Source of the DNA: an uncultured Bacteroidales bacterium
Lineage (GTDB): Bacteria; Bacteroidota; Bacteroidia; Bacteroidales; UBA12077
Assembly: GCA_964461045.1 (NCBI GenBank)
Contig: CAYWSJ010000003.1
Span: 10,148 to 74,147, forward strand
Length of the DNA stretch: 64,000 nucleotides
Reading direction: 5' to 3'
How positions within the stretch are numbered: position 1 is the stretch's first letter; each line of letters starts with the position of its first letter. The notes below the pieces were generated by a model. That model was given only the letters and a program-made list of their open reading frames with translations. It was not told the origin of the DNA and ran no database searches. The position numbers and the translations under genes are program-made. Positions 36,601 to 46,137 of the stretch are shown in pieces.

Positions 36601-36956
36601 CCTATCACCTCATCATAATCAGGATGATAAGTTAAACGGGTAATATCCCCTCCCTGATTGTTCATAACGTATACATCTGAATTTCCGTCATACTCACCGG
36701 TAAAAGCAATATATTCACCATCAGGGGAAAATTTTGGAAACTTCTCTTCTCCATCATGGATCGTAAGACGTTGTGCTTCTCCTCCTTCTGAAGGAACTAT
36801 CCAAATATCTTCTCCTGAAACAAAGACAACTTTATCTTTATGAATATCCGGGAAACGCAGCAAAGGAGTGTTTTCTGCACCCAATAGCCGGGTTGAATTT
36901 CCAATCAAGAAGATTGCAAAAATCATTACTGTAATAAAATTGGATTGTTTTTTCAT
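33687..36956 (-). CDS. Tricorn protease homologue (beta-propellers + PDZ + S41 peptidase)
   Basis: 1089 aa with a signal peptide, TolB-like propeller repeats (SPDG..IAF, WSPDGKKIAF), and a C-terminal S41 region (AGSGGDMLPYEFR, GTRTWGG). Confidence 0.88.
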   Translation of the reverse strand: MKKQSNFITVMIFAIFLIGNSTRLLGAENTPLLRFPDIHKDKVVFVSGEDIWIVPSEGGEAQRLTIHDGEEKFPKFSPDGEYIAFTGEYDGNSDVYVMNNQGGDITRLTYHPDYDEVIGWHPTENKILFTSSRAPGTGIPTTRIYSVSPDGGLPEPMILVEAARGSLSPDGKKIAFNKTARENRTWKRYKGGRAQEIYLYDLEDKKEKQLTDFEGTDRIPMWIDDKIYFSSDRDGHLNLYSITPQGDKITQLTDHNKYDVRRPSAGKNKIVYEHGGDIWVLDINNGAKKKIDITIGNDAPEARARRIKLKEYITGIGIAPNGQRALIEARGEVFNVPRNHGAVYNLTESSGARDKDPAWSPDGEKVAYLSDQSGEYEIHIIDAKGKEKAVKLTNHEKGYRHTLRWSPDGKKIAFTDQTLTLYFLNVENEKIVKVDKAEYESVDVPIDEKPIYDFSWSPDSRYLAYSKMTKKQVFQVFVYSLENKKAHNVSQNLFNDFHPVFTSDGNHLLFVSNRYFNPVFGDFEWEMVYKDVAGIFALTLQKEGKPFLPLRNDEAVSNKEKEKSGSKQVEIDFEGLPNRIEELPLSPGNYRYLSVNDNSLFFMDKEEGDFNRFEFREVRTMNLYAFDLKSREKREVISSVESYKLSGDGNSIAYKRGEKVGIISVKETNSKGHPLDLSELEMLLQPRKEWNQIFNEAWRMERDFYYEEGMHGVDWNQMHKKYGALLDRATCRQDVRYLIGELIGELNTSHTYIFGGDKKREAESVNVGMLGADYKIDEKANRYQFKKILRDASWNRSAKSPLDKPGVNVEAGDYLLAVNGEEVTGDKNIYSYFQGQANEQIRLLVNENTDIQTAREIMVKPLRSERSLRYINWVERNRIKVNELTDGKVGYIHFPDTYMGSATFFPRYFYSQLRKDGLIIDGRFNSGGLDPYIFLNRLNTKPLAYWTRRYSHDQTIPPTTTTAHMVCLTNKYAGSGGDMLPYEFRKLDMGKIIGTRTWGGLVGVSQFIPLIDGGMLTAPDYRIYDPEGNWIIENEGVTPNIRIELDSEKMSEGKDVQLRKAIEEVMDEIDENPVKWPEHKPFLEDEQAN

Positions 36957-37144
36957 AATTTTTATTTTTTAATGAATATTTTATTTAACAAGAATAATAC
37001 AAGTTAAAAATTAAATCAACCTAAATACAATTCCAAATTGAATATCTGCAAATTAACAGTAAGTAAGACTTTAGAAAAACCAAATAGTTTACAAATAAAC
37101 CAATATAGCAAATTTATTTTTAGAATATTACAAAATTCTTTCTT

Positions 37145-37651
37145 CTAATAGACAGAATCCTCCAGAATAATAACTGATTTCTGAACTACCAGGTTGTTTG
37201 GAATATTTACTTTAAGTCCTTCTTCTGTCTCCAGCTCAAGAGAAAACATACTCATATCCTTTACAACACCAACAATAGAATTATCTCCATCAACAATTTT
37301 GATTTTATCATAAATACGGAAAGAGTAATTAAAAAATAAAATAAGGGAAGCTGTAATATTACTTAGCAAAGACCATGAAGCAAAAAAAGCAATACCCACA
37401 ATTCCGAAGAAGGAGGCAAAATAAACGGGAAGTCCTTCAATATTAAAACCCCATATAACAGACAAAAAAACAAGAAAAAGAATAGCAAACAGCAATGTAA
37501 TTACCTTTTTAGCATAAAATGTCCTCCGTTCATGAAAAGAATGCTTTTTCCCGAAAAAACTAATCCACCTTCTTAACAGTGAAATAACAATAACAAAGAG
37601 GACCAAAGCCCCAACAGATAAAGAAATTTGTATTAATACTTTCGCAGACAT
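37145..37651 (-). CDS. Short MscS-like mechanosensitive channel family protein
   Basis: 168 aa with three TM helices followed by an MscS beta-domain-like segment (IRIYDKIKIVDGDNSIVGVVKDMSMFSLELETEEGLKVNIPNNLV). It lacks the usual C-terminal alpha/beta domain. Confidence 0.55.
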   Translation of the reverse strand: MSAKVLIQISLSVGALVLFVIVISLLRRWISFFGKKHSFHERRTFYAKKVITLLFAILFLVFLSVIWGFNIEGLPVYFASFFGIVGIAFFASWSLLSNITASLILFFNYSFRIYDKIKIVDGDNSIVGVVKDMSMFSLELETEEGLKVNIPNNLVVQKSVIILEDSVY

Positions 37652-37722
37652 CAGAAATTAATTATTTTGGTTATAAATTTAACAATCAAAAATATATTAA
37701 ATTTATATAAAAAATACAAAGT

Positions 37723-39942
37723 ATGAGTTCCAACGGAAAGAATAAATTCAGTACTCTGCCTGTTTTTTTTACAGCCATATCAACCATACTTGGTGCTATT
37801 TTATTTTTACGGTTTGGATTTGCTGTTGGAAAACTTGGTTTTTTTGGTGTTTTACTGATCATTTTACTCGGTCATTTAGTAACTATTCCTACCGCATTTG
37901 CCATTTCAGAAATAGCCACGAACCAGAGAGTAAAAGGAGGAGGAGAATACTATATCATCTCCCGTTCATTTGGACTTAACATTGGATCCACAATAGGGAT
38001 AGCCTTATATCTTTCTCAGGCAATTAGTGTAGCCTTCTATGTAATAGCCTTCACTGAAGCTTTTGAACCGGTATTCAATCTGCTCAGAGAAGACTACGGA
38101 ATTTATTTGCCAAGACAGGCGATAAGTTTGCCTGCTATGGGTATTCTTGCCCTGCTGATTCTTAAAAAGGGGGCCAACATGGGTGTAAAAGCTTTATACT
38201 TTGTTGTGGCTATTTTAGGTTTTTCGTTATTAATGTTCTTCATAGGCCAGACAGAATATTCTGAAACAGCCAGGGCAGGAATTACAGAAAATCCGGTAAG
38301 AAATTTCGATGACTTTTTTATGGTTTTTGCAATTATCTTTCCTGCGTTTACAGGAATGACTGCTGGTGTTGGATTATCGGGTGATCTGAAAAATCCGGGT
38401 AAATCAATTCCAAAAGGAACTTTGCTGGCGACTTTTATTGGACTGATTATTTATGTTTTCATTGGGCTAAAACTTGTCCACTCTGCCAAGCCACAGGATA
38501 TGGTAGATATACAATTAATTATGAGCGAAATAGCATATGGAGGAAGCATAATTATCCCCCTAGGCCTGGCGGCCTCTACCATCTCTTCTGCTCTGGGCTC
38601 AGTTATGGTAGCTCCCAGAACTCTTCAGGCACTCGGAGCTGACCAGGCCTTTCCGGGAAAATCTGCAAACCGGTTTCTGGCAAAAGGCAAAAAAGACAAT
38701 AACGAACCTGTAAATGCTTCTCTTGTAACTGTGATTATTGCTTTTGCTTTTGTAGCATACGGAGAAGTGAATGCAGTGGCTTCAATTATTTCTATGTTTT
38801 TTATGGTTACCTATGGTTCTTTATGCCTGATCTCATTCCTCAATCATTTTGGAGCTCCTCCCTCCTACAGGCCTTCATTCCGTTCCAACTGGCTGCTCTC
38901 ACTCATAGGTTTTGTTTTCTCAGTTTATCTCATGTTCAGAATAGATGCCTTATATGCCGGGATAGCTATTGTATTGATGATTTTACTCTATTCATACATT
39001 AGCTACTATCACAAAGAAAGACAAGGACTTGAAGCCATCTTTAGGAGTACGCTCTTCCAGATCAACAGGAACTTACAGATTTACCTTCAAAAAACGCAAC
39101 GCCTTAAAGAAAAAATAAGCTGGCATCCTTCAGTAGTTTGCGTTTCCGATATTGAATCTGACAGAGAAAATGCTTTCAACCTTCTTACCTGGCTATCGCA
39201 CAAATATGGTTTCGGAACTTATATTAAGTATATTCCAGGCTATCTTTCAAACGAAAACTATGAAAAATCTAAAAAAGAATTAAAAAAACTAATTGATAAG
39301 ACTTACTATAAAGACAGTCATGTATATGTAGACACCATCATTTCCCCGTCTTACACTTCTGCCATAGCTCAGATAATTCAGTTACCGGGAATTTCAGGAC
39401 TGGAAAACAACATGATCCTCTTTGAATTTGAAAAGAGAAATCCTGATAAACTCGAACAAATTGTAGAAAACATATCGCTTGTGAGAGCAGCTAATTATGA
39501 TGTATGTGTCTTAGGGGGTACAAATAAATCAGTAAACTACAGGCAAGGTATTCATATATGGATTAAAAAATTTGATCTTAAAAATATAAACCTGATGATA
39601 TTGTTGAGTTACATTATTATGGGCGCCCCGGAATGGAGAAAAAGCAGCATAAAGATATTTTATTTAACTACCCAGAACGACAGGGATGAATCAAAAAAAC
39701 AACTCATAAATGTGGTTAAAAATGGACGTTTACCAATTTCACTAAAAAATGTTGAGTTTATTCTTCTTGATGAAGAAACCAAACCAAGAGACATTATTAA
39801 TGAAAAATCAGAAAATGCAGGTTTGACACTAATCGGTTTTCTCAATGAACAACTAAAACATGAAGGTAAAAACCTGTTTACTGGTTATGACAATCTTGGC
39901 GACATATTGTTTGTAAACGCAAAACAGGAAAAGCACATTTAA
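37723..39942 (+). CDS. APC-superfamily permease with an SLC12 (cation-chloride cotransporter)-like C-terminal cytoplasmic domain
   Basis: 739 aa with about 12 TM helices, then a ~300-aa soluble domain. Confidence 0.75.
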   Translation: MSSNGKNKFSTLPVFFTAISTILGAILFLRFGFAVGKLGFFGVLLIILLGHLVTIPTAFAISEIATNQRVKGGGEYYIISRSFGLNIGSTIGIALYLSQAISVAFYVIAFTEAFEPVFNLLREDYGIYLPRQAISLPAMGILALLILKKGANMGVKALYFVVAILGFSLLMFFIGQTEYSETARAGITENPVRNFDDFFMVFAIIFPAFTGMTAGVGLSGDLKNPGKSIPKGTLLATFIGLIIYVFIGLKLVHSAKPQDMVDIQLIMSEIAYGGSIIIPLGLAASTISSALGSVMVAPRTLQALGADQAFPGKSANRFLAKGKKDNNEPVNASLVTVIIAFAFVAYGEVNAVASIISMFFMVTYGSLCLISFLNHFGAPPSYRPSFRSNWLLSLIGFVFSVYLMFRIDALYAGIAIVLMILLYSYISYYHKERQGLEAIFRSTLFQINRNLQIYLQKTQRLKEKISWHPSVVCVSDIESDRENAFNLLTWLSHKYGFGTYIKYIPGYLSNENYEKSKKELKKLIDKTYYKDSHVYVDTIISPSYTSAIAQIIQLPGISGLENNMILFEFEKRNPDKLEQIVENISLVRAANYDVCVLGGTNKSVNYRQGIHIWIKKFDLKNINLMILLSYIIMGAPEWRKSSIKIFYLTTQNDRDESKKQLINVVKNGRLPISLKNVEFILLDEETKPRDIINEKSENAGLTLIGFLNEQLKHEGKNLFTGYDNLGDILFVNAKQEKHI

Positions 39943-40003
39943 ATTAATTCTTTTCAAACATAAATTCCTTTTTATCGTTCTAAATAGAACAAACCAATGA
40001 TCT

Positions 40004-41509
40004 GTGTTAAAAGTGAAGAGAACAAATACAATACTTACCGCAATGTTATATATAGGAGGATTGCTCCTTTTCAGCATATCTGTTTCAGGGCAGAATAATA
40101 CCTCAATTCAACAAATAAAAGAACTGTACAAAAACCAGAAATTTGAGGAAATATATAAAAATCTGAATAATCGGGATCCTGAAATTCCACAGAAAAAAAT
40201 TTTCAAAGCACTTGCATTTTATAACCTCTCTAAAGACCACGAAGAAATTAAAAAAACAAAGGATAGGTATTTAAAAACAATGGAGCTGATACGCTCAGCA
40301 CAAAATACAATTGTTCCTGAAGATAAAACAGAAACCATTATACTGAAGGAACTTGAAAAATTGCAGACTGATATTTTTATAAAGGCAAAAAAATATTACA
40401 AAAATGGAAGAAGAAATAAGGCTGATACATACTTTAATGCCCTACACAAAACATTTAACAATTCAAACCGGCTATTCAAGAATCATTATGGGTTTGATGA
40501 CACCTATTTTTTAGAAGTACTTGAATCAAAATCCAGAATGAATCAAGAACATAAAAAGCATTATAAAAAAGAGATTCAAAAACTCTTAAACAAATATTAT
40601 TATAACAATCCTAAGTTCAGGGAATGGGATAATCCTAAGTACCGCATGGCAAACACTGCAAAAAATGAAAATTATCTCAATGAGGATGAAAAAATGGTTT
40701 TCTATTTTCTGAACCTGGTAAGGATGAACCCGGAATTATTCCATGAAACATTTGTGAGGGCAAGACTTCGTGTTCGATATCACGGCGAAATAAAAATTAG
40801 TATTCCACTTTATGATACCCTAATATTAGGAAATAACTACAACAAAAAGTTATCACGTCAGGAGTTTTATAATATGCCTGTTCATAATATTTATCAAAAT
40901 GAACTACCGGAAAAAACAGAAAATAGATTTATTGAAAAGAAAGCATATAAAACATCAGAAACCACAACACGATACAGGTATAATATTGATTATTCGGGGT
41001 TATATAACTACCTTAACAACCATAAACCCGAATTGCTTGTCTTGAAAAACCTGTCAAAATTCCGATTTAGCGATCAGGGAAAACCTATTCTAATAATGAA
41101 AAGGTATGATTATAAATTTTCATTTTACAACAGAACTTACCTGGAAGAAACCCAAAACAGTTTTTATTATCAAAGCTTGTTTAAAAAGCTAAGAAGGATG
41201 AGGTCTTTAAATATAATATATCCAGACTATGAACTCTTCAAACTTGCGGAATGCTGGGCTATAGAAGCGGGTAAAAGAGGACTGAAAGGCCACGACAGAA
41301 AAAAATGCCCCTATGGTTATAATGCCGAAGCCTGTGATTATGGAAATAAGAATGGTTTTGATGTAGTCCTTAATTTACTTATCGACAAAGCGGTTCCAAA
41401 CCTGGGTCACAGGAAAATTTTGCTTGGTGACTACACAAAAATGGGCGTTGCCATTCGTCCTCATAAACTGGATTTTAATTACAATGCTGTACTTGATTTT
41501 GGCCTTTAA
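40004..41509 (+). CDS. Secreted CAP/SCP (PR-1-like) domain protein with a long helical N-terminal region
   Basis: 501 aa, GTG start, signal peptide. CAP-like opening helix (EDEKMVFYFLNLVRMNPELF) and CAP-like end (ECWAIEAGKRGLKGH ... LGHRKILLGDYTKMGVAI) are separated by about 150 extra residues. Confidence 0.5.
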   Translation: MLKVKRTNTILTAMLYIGGLLLFSISVSGQNNTSIQQIKELYKNQKFEEIYKNLNNRDPEIPQKKIFKALAFYNLSKDHEEIKKTKDRYLKTMELIRSAQNTIVPEDKTETIILKELEKLQTDIFIKAKKYYKNGRRNKADTYFNALHKTFNNSNRLFKNHYGFDDTYFLEVLESKSRMNQEHKKHYKKEIQKLLNKYYYNNPKFREWDNPKYRMANTAKNENYLNEDEKMVFYFLNLVRMNPELFHETFVRARLRVRYHGEIKISIPLYDTLILGNNYNKKLSRQEFYNMPVHNIYQNELPEKTENRFIEKKAYKTSETTTRYRYNIDYSGLYNYLNNHKPELLVLKNLSKFRFSDQGKPILIMKRYDYKFSFYNRTYLEETQNSFYYQSLFKKLRRMRSLNIIYPDYELFKLAECWAIEAGKRGLKGHDRKKCPYGYNAEACDYGNKNGFDVVLNLLIDKAVPNLGHRKILLGDYTKMGVAIRPHKLDFNYNAVLDFGL

Positions 41510-42624
41510 TTCTCTTTTTTAGAGTTAGCAAGGTTATTTAGTCTTTCAGCCATCTCCTGCCAGAACTGATAATGAAATTCACAACTATTGGCCCTTTTTA
41601 ATAATTCATGTCCGGAAACAGGTTCTTTATGCTCAGGGGAGAGATAATATTTTAAATGCTGATCATATAAATAGGGTGGCTCCGGGTGAAATTGAATTCC
41701 TATTACATTAGGATAGTATTTGTGTCGAATAGCTTCTATAACTTTTCCATCTAAAGAGGTAGCTGCTACCTCAAATTCCTTCCCTATCTTTTCTATTCCC
41801 TGGTGATGATTACTGTAAACTAACGGTTCCTGATCCATTTTCAAAGGAAATTCGTTTTTCAGAACAATTTTATGAAAACTCCCATGAAATAATTCCAATT
41901 CCGGATGCAAAGCATTGTAATAATTTCTGTGTATGTCATCTTTCTCTTTATCAAGCAAAGCCTCAACCTTATTAATCTTATAAATTTCACTGGGAATATC
42001 CTGATACAGGGTTCCACCTGATGCAACGTTCATAGTTTGCATACCTAAACAAATCCCTAGAATGAAATAATCCGGATGTTTTTTCAAAAAAGGTTCGAAA
42101 TCATTGTTTTGCGTACCTCCTATAAGGTGAAAAAGAAAGGATGCTTCATTGTAATGTCTGTTAGGATCATAAATATTTGTCAGTAAACTCGTTCTCTCAC
42201 CATATAGAAATGGAGGCATGTCTGGCCCTCCAAAAAAAATAACACCTTCTGAGTTCAAAAAAATCTTTTTGAAATCATCGCTTAGTTTGTTTCTGCCATA
42301 AAGTTTATCCGGGTGAATACTCTCCCTGGTATAATGAAGATAAAAATCACCAGCTAGTTCTGCTGTATCCAAATATTTAATAGTTCTATCATAATTGTAT
42401 CTCTCACCGGAATGGTAAACACCTACAAAATTATAATCCCCGGGAGATAAAATTTCTTTTTTCAACAAGTTATTTATTGTCTTGATATTTGAAACTGTTG
42501 GATGCATTAAAACAAGATGAGCACTTTCAGAATTTTTCGCTTGATTGCTAAAATAATCCTGGGCAAACAAACTTGCAGGCATTAACAAAAAAAGCATAAT
42601 TATCTTACTTACAGGCTTTTTCAT
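41506..42624 (-). CDS. Secreted peptidase C26 / class-I glutamine amidotransferase-like hydrolase
   Basis: 372 aa with a signal peptide, nucleophile elbow GICLGMQ, and IGIQFHPE. Confidence 0.8.
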   Translation of the reverse strand: MKKPVSKIIMLFLLMPASLFAQDYFSNQAKNSESAHLVLMHPTVSNIKTINNLLKKEILSPGDYNFVGVYHSGERYNYDRTIKYLDTAELAGDFYLHYTRESIHPDKLYGRNKLSDDFKKIFLNSEGVIFFGGPDMPPFLYGERTSLLTNIYDPNRHYNEASFLFHLIGGTQNNDFEPFLKKHPDYFILGICLGMQTMNVASGGTLYQDIPSEIYKINKVEALLDKEKDDIHRNYYNALHPELELFHGSFHKIVLKNEFPLKMDQEPLVYSNHHQGIEKIGKEFEVAATSLDGKVIEAIRHKYYPNVIGIQFHPEPPYLYDQHLKYYLSPEHKEPVSGHELLKRANSCEFHYQFWQEMAERLNNLANSKKEN

Positions 42625-42840
42625 AATTCAAGGAATATATTAAAATTTTACTCTTTAAAATGATTTTAAATTTTAACTTTGCATTAAGGAAACGTTCCTT
42701 TTATTTTTATTCAAAAATTCCCAGAGGAAATGAATAAAAATAACATGATAAATTACACAAGACCAATTAAATGTATTTTTTTCTTGTGAAAAATTTTAGT
42801 TTAAATATATATAAATCTTACCTTAAATCAAGGCATTTGT

Positions 42841-43701
42841 ATGAATAAAAAAAATAAAGCAAAAGGAAGATTACCTCGCTGGATGAAGATGGAGATGCCA
42901 AAAGGTGAAATTTATTCCAAACTTAAAAACAGAGTCCAGGAAAACAATCTGCATACAATCTGCACAAGCGGAAAATGTCCGAATATAGGAGAATGCTGGA
43001 ACCGTGGTACAGCAACCTTTATGATTCTTGGAGATATTTGTACAAGATCGTGCAAATTCTGTGGGGTTACTACAGGAAAACCTTTACCTCCAGACCCAAA
43101 GGAACCTGAAAAAGTAGCCAGAACTATAGAGATAATGGGCATTAAACATGCAGTAATTACTTCGGTTGACAGAGATGATCTTGATGACGGGGGAGCAGAA
43201 ATATGGGCAGAAACCATAAAGAAAATAAAGGAAAGAAATCGAATTACAGTTGAAGGGCTTATTCCTGATTTTGATGGAAAACGGAATTTAATTGACAAGG
43301 TAATTGCGGCTAAACCAGATGTTATTTCGCATAATCTTGAAACCGTACGAAGACTAACACCTCAAATTAGAAGCAGAGCAGAATACGACAGAAGTCTTGG
43401 AGTACTAGAATATATTGCCAGGTCCGGAGTAAACGCTAAGTCTGGAATTATGCTGGGACTTGGAGAAGAGGAAGAAGAAATTTTTGAAACCATGGATGAT
43501 CTTTTAGCTGTCGGTTGTAAAATCCTTACAATTGGTCAATACTTACAACCCGGCCCCGACAATCATCCCGTGATAAAATTCGTAGAACCTGAAAAATTTA
43601 AACTCTACGAAAAAACAGGTTTGGAAAAAGGCTTCCGGTTTGTTGAAAGCAGTCCGTTGGTCAGATCTTCTTATCATGCTGAAAAGCACGTAAAAGCATA
43701 A
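42841..43701 (+). CDS. lipA: Lipoyl synthase
   Basis: 286 aa with CPNIGECW and radical-SAM CTRSCKFC motifs. Confidence 0.95.
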   Translation: MNKKNKAKGRLPRWMKMEMPKGEIYSKLKNRVQENNLHTICTSGKCPNIGECWNRGTATFMILGDICTRSCKFCGVTTGKPLPPDPKEPEKVARTIEIMGIKHAVITSVDRDDLDDGGAEIWAETIKKIKERNRITVEGLIPDFDGKRNLIDKVIAAKPDVISHNLETVRRLTPQIRSRAEYDRSLGVLEYIARSGVNAKSGIMLGLGEEEEEIFETMDDLLAVGCKILTIGQYLQPGPDNHPVIKFVEPEKFKLYEKTGLEKGFRFVESSPLVRSSYHAEKHVKA

Positions 43702-43708
43702 GAAAAAA

Positions 43709-44395
43709 ATGAATAATATTAAAGTTAAATATGAGGATTTAGGTGTCATCGACTACAAAGAAGCCTGGGATTATCAGGAAGAAAAATTCGATGAGATTGT
43801 AGAAGCTAAAAAGAAAAATCTTGAAACAAATAATTATTTATTGTTTTGTGAGCATCCTCATGTATATACCTTAGGCAAAAGTGGCGAGCATAACAATCTA
43901 CTAATCAGCGATGAGTTTCTGAAAAAAATAAATGCCACTTATTACAAAATAAACAGGGGAGGCGACATCACATATCATGGCCCGGGGCAAATTGTGGGAT
44001 ACCCTATTCTCAACCTGGAAGCACTAAATATTGGAATAAAGGAATATATTCATAAACTGGAAGAAGCAATAATAAATACACTTCAAGAATATAACCTTAA
44101 AGCAGAGAGACTTGATGGCGCTACAGGTGTTTGGCTTGATACAAATAAAACGGGACAATCAAGAAAAATTTGCGCAATTGGAGTTCGGGCCAGCAAATTT
44201 GTTACCATGCACGGATTTGCATTTAACATAAACACCGATCTGAATTATTTCAACCATATAAACCCGTGTGGTTTTACTGACAAAGGGGTTACTTCGCTAC
44301 AAAAGGAAACCGGTAAAAAAATTGATTTTGAAGAGACCAAGAAAATATTGAAACAAAAAATTCAGGATATTTTTCAAATGGATTATAAAAAATAA
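43709..44395 (+). CDS. lipB: Lipoyl(octanoyl) transferase
   Basis: 228 aa with RGGDITYHGPGQ and KICAIGV motifs. It starts 7 nt after lipA. Confidence 0.93.
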   Translation: MNNIKVKYEDLGVIDYKEAWDYQEEKFDEIVEAKKKNLETNNYLLFCEHPHVYTLGKSGEHNNLLISDEFLKKINATYYKINRGGDITYHGPGQIVGYPILNLEALNIGIKEYIHKLEEAIINTLQEYNLKAERLDGATGVWLDTNKTGQSRKICAIGVRASKFVTMHGFAFNINTDLNYFNHINPCGFTDKGVTSLQKETGKKIDFEETKKILKQKIQDIFQMDYKK

Positions 44396-44413
44396 AAGAA
44401 GGCACTAATAATT

Positions 44414-46135
44414 ATGCACAAAAAATGGGTATTTAAAGAAAAACCAAATGAAGAAAAAGAGATTAAGCTTGCTGAAGAGCTAAATATAAGCAGGCTCCTC
44501 TCCCGTCTTTTGTTGCAACGCGGAATTAACTCGTTTGAAAATGCAAAAAAATTTTTTCGTCCGGAATTGGAAAGTCTCTACGATCCTTTTAAGATGAAGG
44601 ATATGAATCGTGCTGTTGAAAGAATCGAGGAGGCAATTCTGAACAATCAAAAGATTTTGGTCTACGGCGATTATGATGTAGATGGAACCACCTCAGTCGC
44701 TTTAGTTTATTCCTTTCTGAAAAAATTCTATAACAACATTGATTACTATATCCCTGACAGGTATGAGGAAGGATATGGAGTATCCTACAAAGGTATTAAT
44801 TACGCCAGGGAAAATGATATTTCACTGATTATCACACTTGATTGTGGCATAAAAGCAATAAAAAAAGTTGATTACGCCCGGAAAAACCACATTGATGTAA
44901 TTATTTGTGATCATCACACTCCTGAAAAAAAGTTGCCAAAGGCTGTGGCTGTTCTGGATCCCAAAAGACCCGATGACAACTACCCGTTCAAAGAGTTAAG
45001 CGGTTGCGGAGTAGGCTTCAAATTACTGCAGGCATTTGCCATAACAAATAATATAAGCTTCAAAGAGTTATATCCTTTCCTCGATCTTGTAGCAGTTAGT
45101 ATTGCTTCGGATATTGTTCCTATTATTGATGAAAACAGAATCCTTACCTATTATGGATTAAAGCAACTCAATAAAAATCCGCGCACAGGCTTAAAAGCAA
45201 TCATTAAAGTTTCAGGGCTGAATAGCCATAAGAAAAAAATTGCGGTAGAAGATGTTGTGTTCAGAATCGGCCCCAGAATCAATGCAACCGGAAGAATTGA
45301 GTCAGCCAGAAGTGCAGTGGAATTGCTTATTACTACCAATCAGCAAAAAGCCGACCAGATGGCGGTAAAGGTAAATTCATGCAACGATGCACGAAAGAAT
45401 ATCGACCGGAATATCACACAGGATGCTATAAAAATGACCTCGATAGAACCAGGGGTGAATGAAAAAAAATCAACTGTCCTTTATAACCCTAACTGGCATA
45501 AAGGCGTTGTTGGTATAGTAGCTTCCAGGATGATCGAGATCTATTACAGGCCTACAATTATCCTGACAGCATCAAACGGGCTGGCAACAGGCTCGGCACG
45601 TTCCATACCGGGTTTCGATGTTTACCAGGCACTGGAACAGTGCAGTGATCTTCTTGAAAACTTTGGCGGACATACTTATGCAGCCGGACTGACACTTGAC
45701 ATTAATAATATAGAACCGTTTAAAAAGCGTTTTGAAAATATTGCCGAAAACACAATAACCGAAGAACAAATGATCCCGCATATTGAAGTCGATGCAGAAA
45801 TAGATTTCAGCGAGATTACACCAAGTTTCTTTAAGGTGCTCAACCAGTTTCAACCTTTCGGCCCACAAAACCTGGCCCCTATATTTGTTGCAAGAAATGT
45901 GAGAGACACTGGAATGGCCAGGCTCGTAGGCTCAAGCAAGGAGCACGTAAAACTTACTTTAGCACAGGAAAACTCAAGTGAAATACAGTTCCCGGGTATT
46001 GCATTTCAGCAGGCTAACCATTATCATGCCATTCACAATAGCAAACCTTTTGATATTTGCTTTGCTATTGAAGAAAATCACTTTAAAGGCAAAACCACAT
46101 TGCAGCTAAACATCAAAGATATTAAGCAACGGTAA
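44414..46135 (+). CDS. recJ: Single-stranded-DNA-specific exonuclease RecJ
   Basis: 573 aa with DHH motifs (GDYDVDGTTS, DCG, CDHH) and DHHA1 (GGHTYAAG). Confidence 0.95.
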   Translation: MHKKWVFKEKPNEEKEIKLAEELNISRLLSRLLLQRGINSFENAKKFFRPELESLYDPFKMKDMNRAVERIEEAILNNQKILVYGDYDVDGTTSVALVYSFLKKFYNNIDYYIPDRYEEGYGVSYKGINYARENDISLIITLDCGIKAIKKVDYARKNHIDVIICDHHTPEKKLPKAVAVLDPKRPDDNYPFKELSGCGVGFKLLQAFAITNNISFKELYPFLDLVAVSIASDIVPIIDENRILTYYGLKQLNKNPRTGLKAIIKVSGLNSHKKKIAVEDVVFRIGPRINATGRIESARSAVELLITTNQQKADQMAVKVNSCNDARKNIDRNITQDAIKMTSIEPGVNEKKSTVLYNPNWHKGVVGIVASRMIEIYYRPTIILTASNGLATGSARSIPGFDVYQALEQCSDLLENFGGHTYAAGLTLDINNIEPFKKRFENIAENTITEEQMIPHIEVDAEIDFSEITPSFFKVLNQFQPFGPQNLAPIFVARNVRDTGMARLVGSSKEHVKLTLAQENSSEIQFPGIAFQQANHYHAIHNSKPFDICFAIEENHFKGKTTLQLNIKDIKQR

Positions 46136-46137
46136 TT

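Noticed and set aside
42674-42840. Exact TAACTTTG box (42674..42681), followed 5 nt later by a small hairpin AAGGAA-ACG-TTCCTT (42686..42700) plus a T-rich run, about 160 nt upstream of lipA. There is also a 19-codon ORF at 42730. Together these might form a leader or attenuator.
   Set aside because: The stem is only 6 bp and mostly A/T, the mini-ORF has no features of a regulatory leader peptide, and such matches are expected by chance in a 216-bp A/T-rich divergent gap. It is not supportable without transcript mapping.
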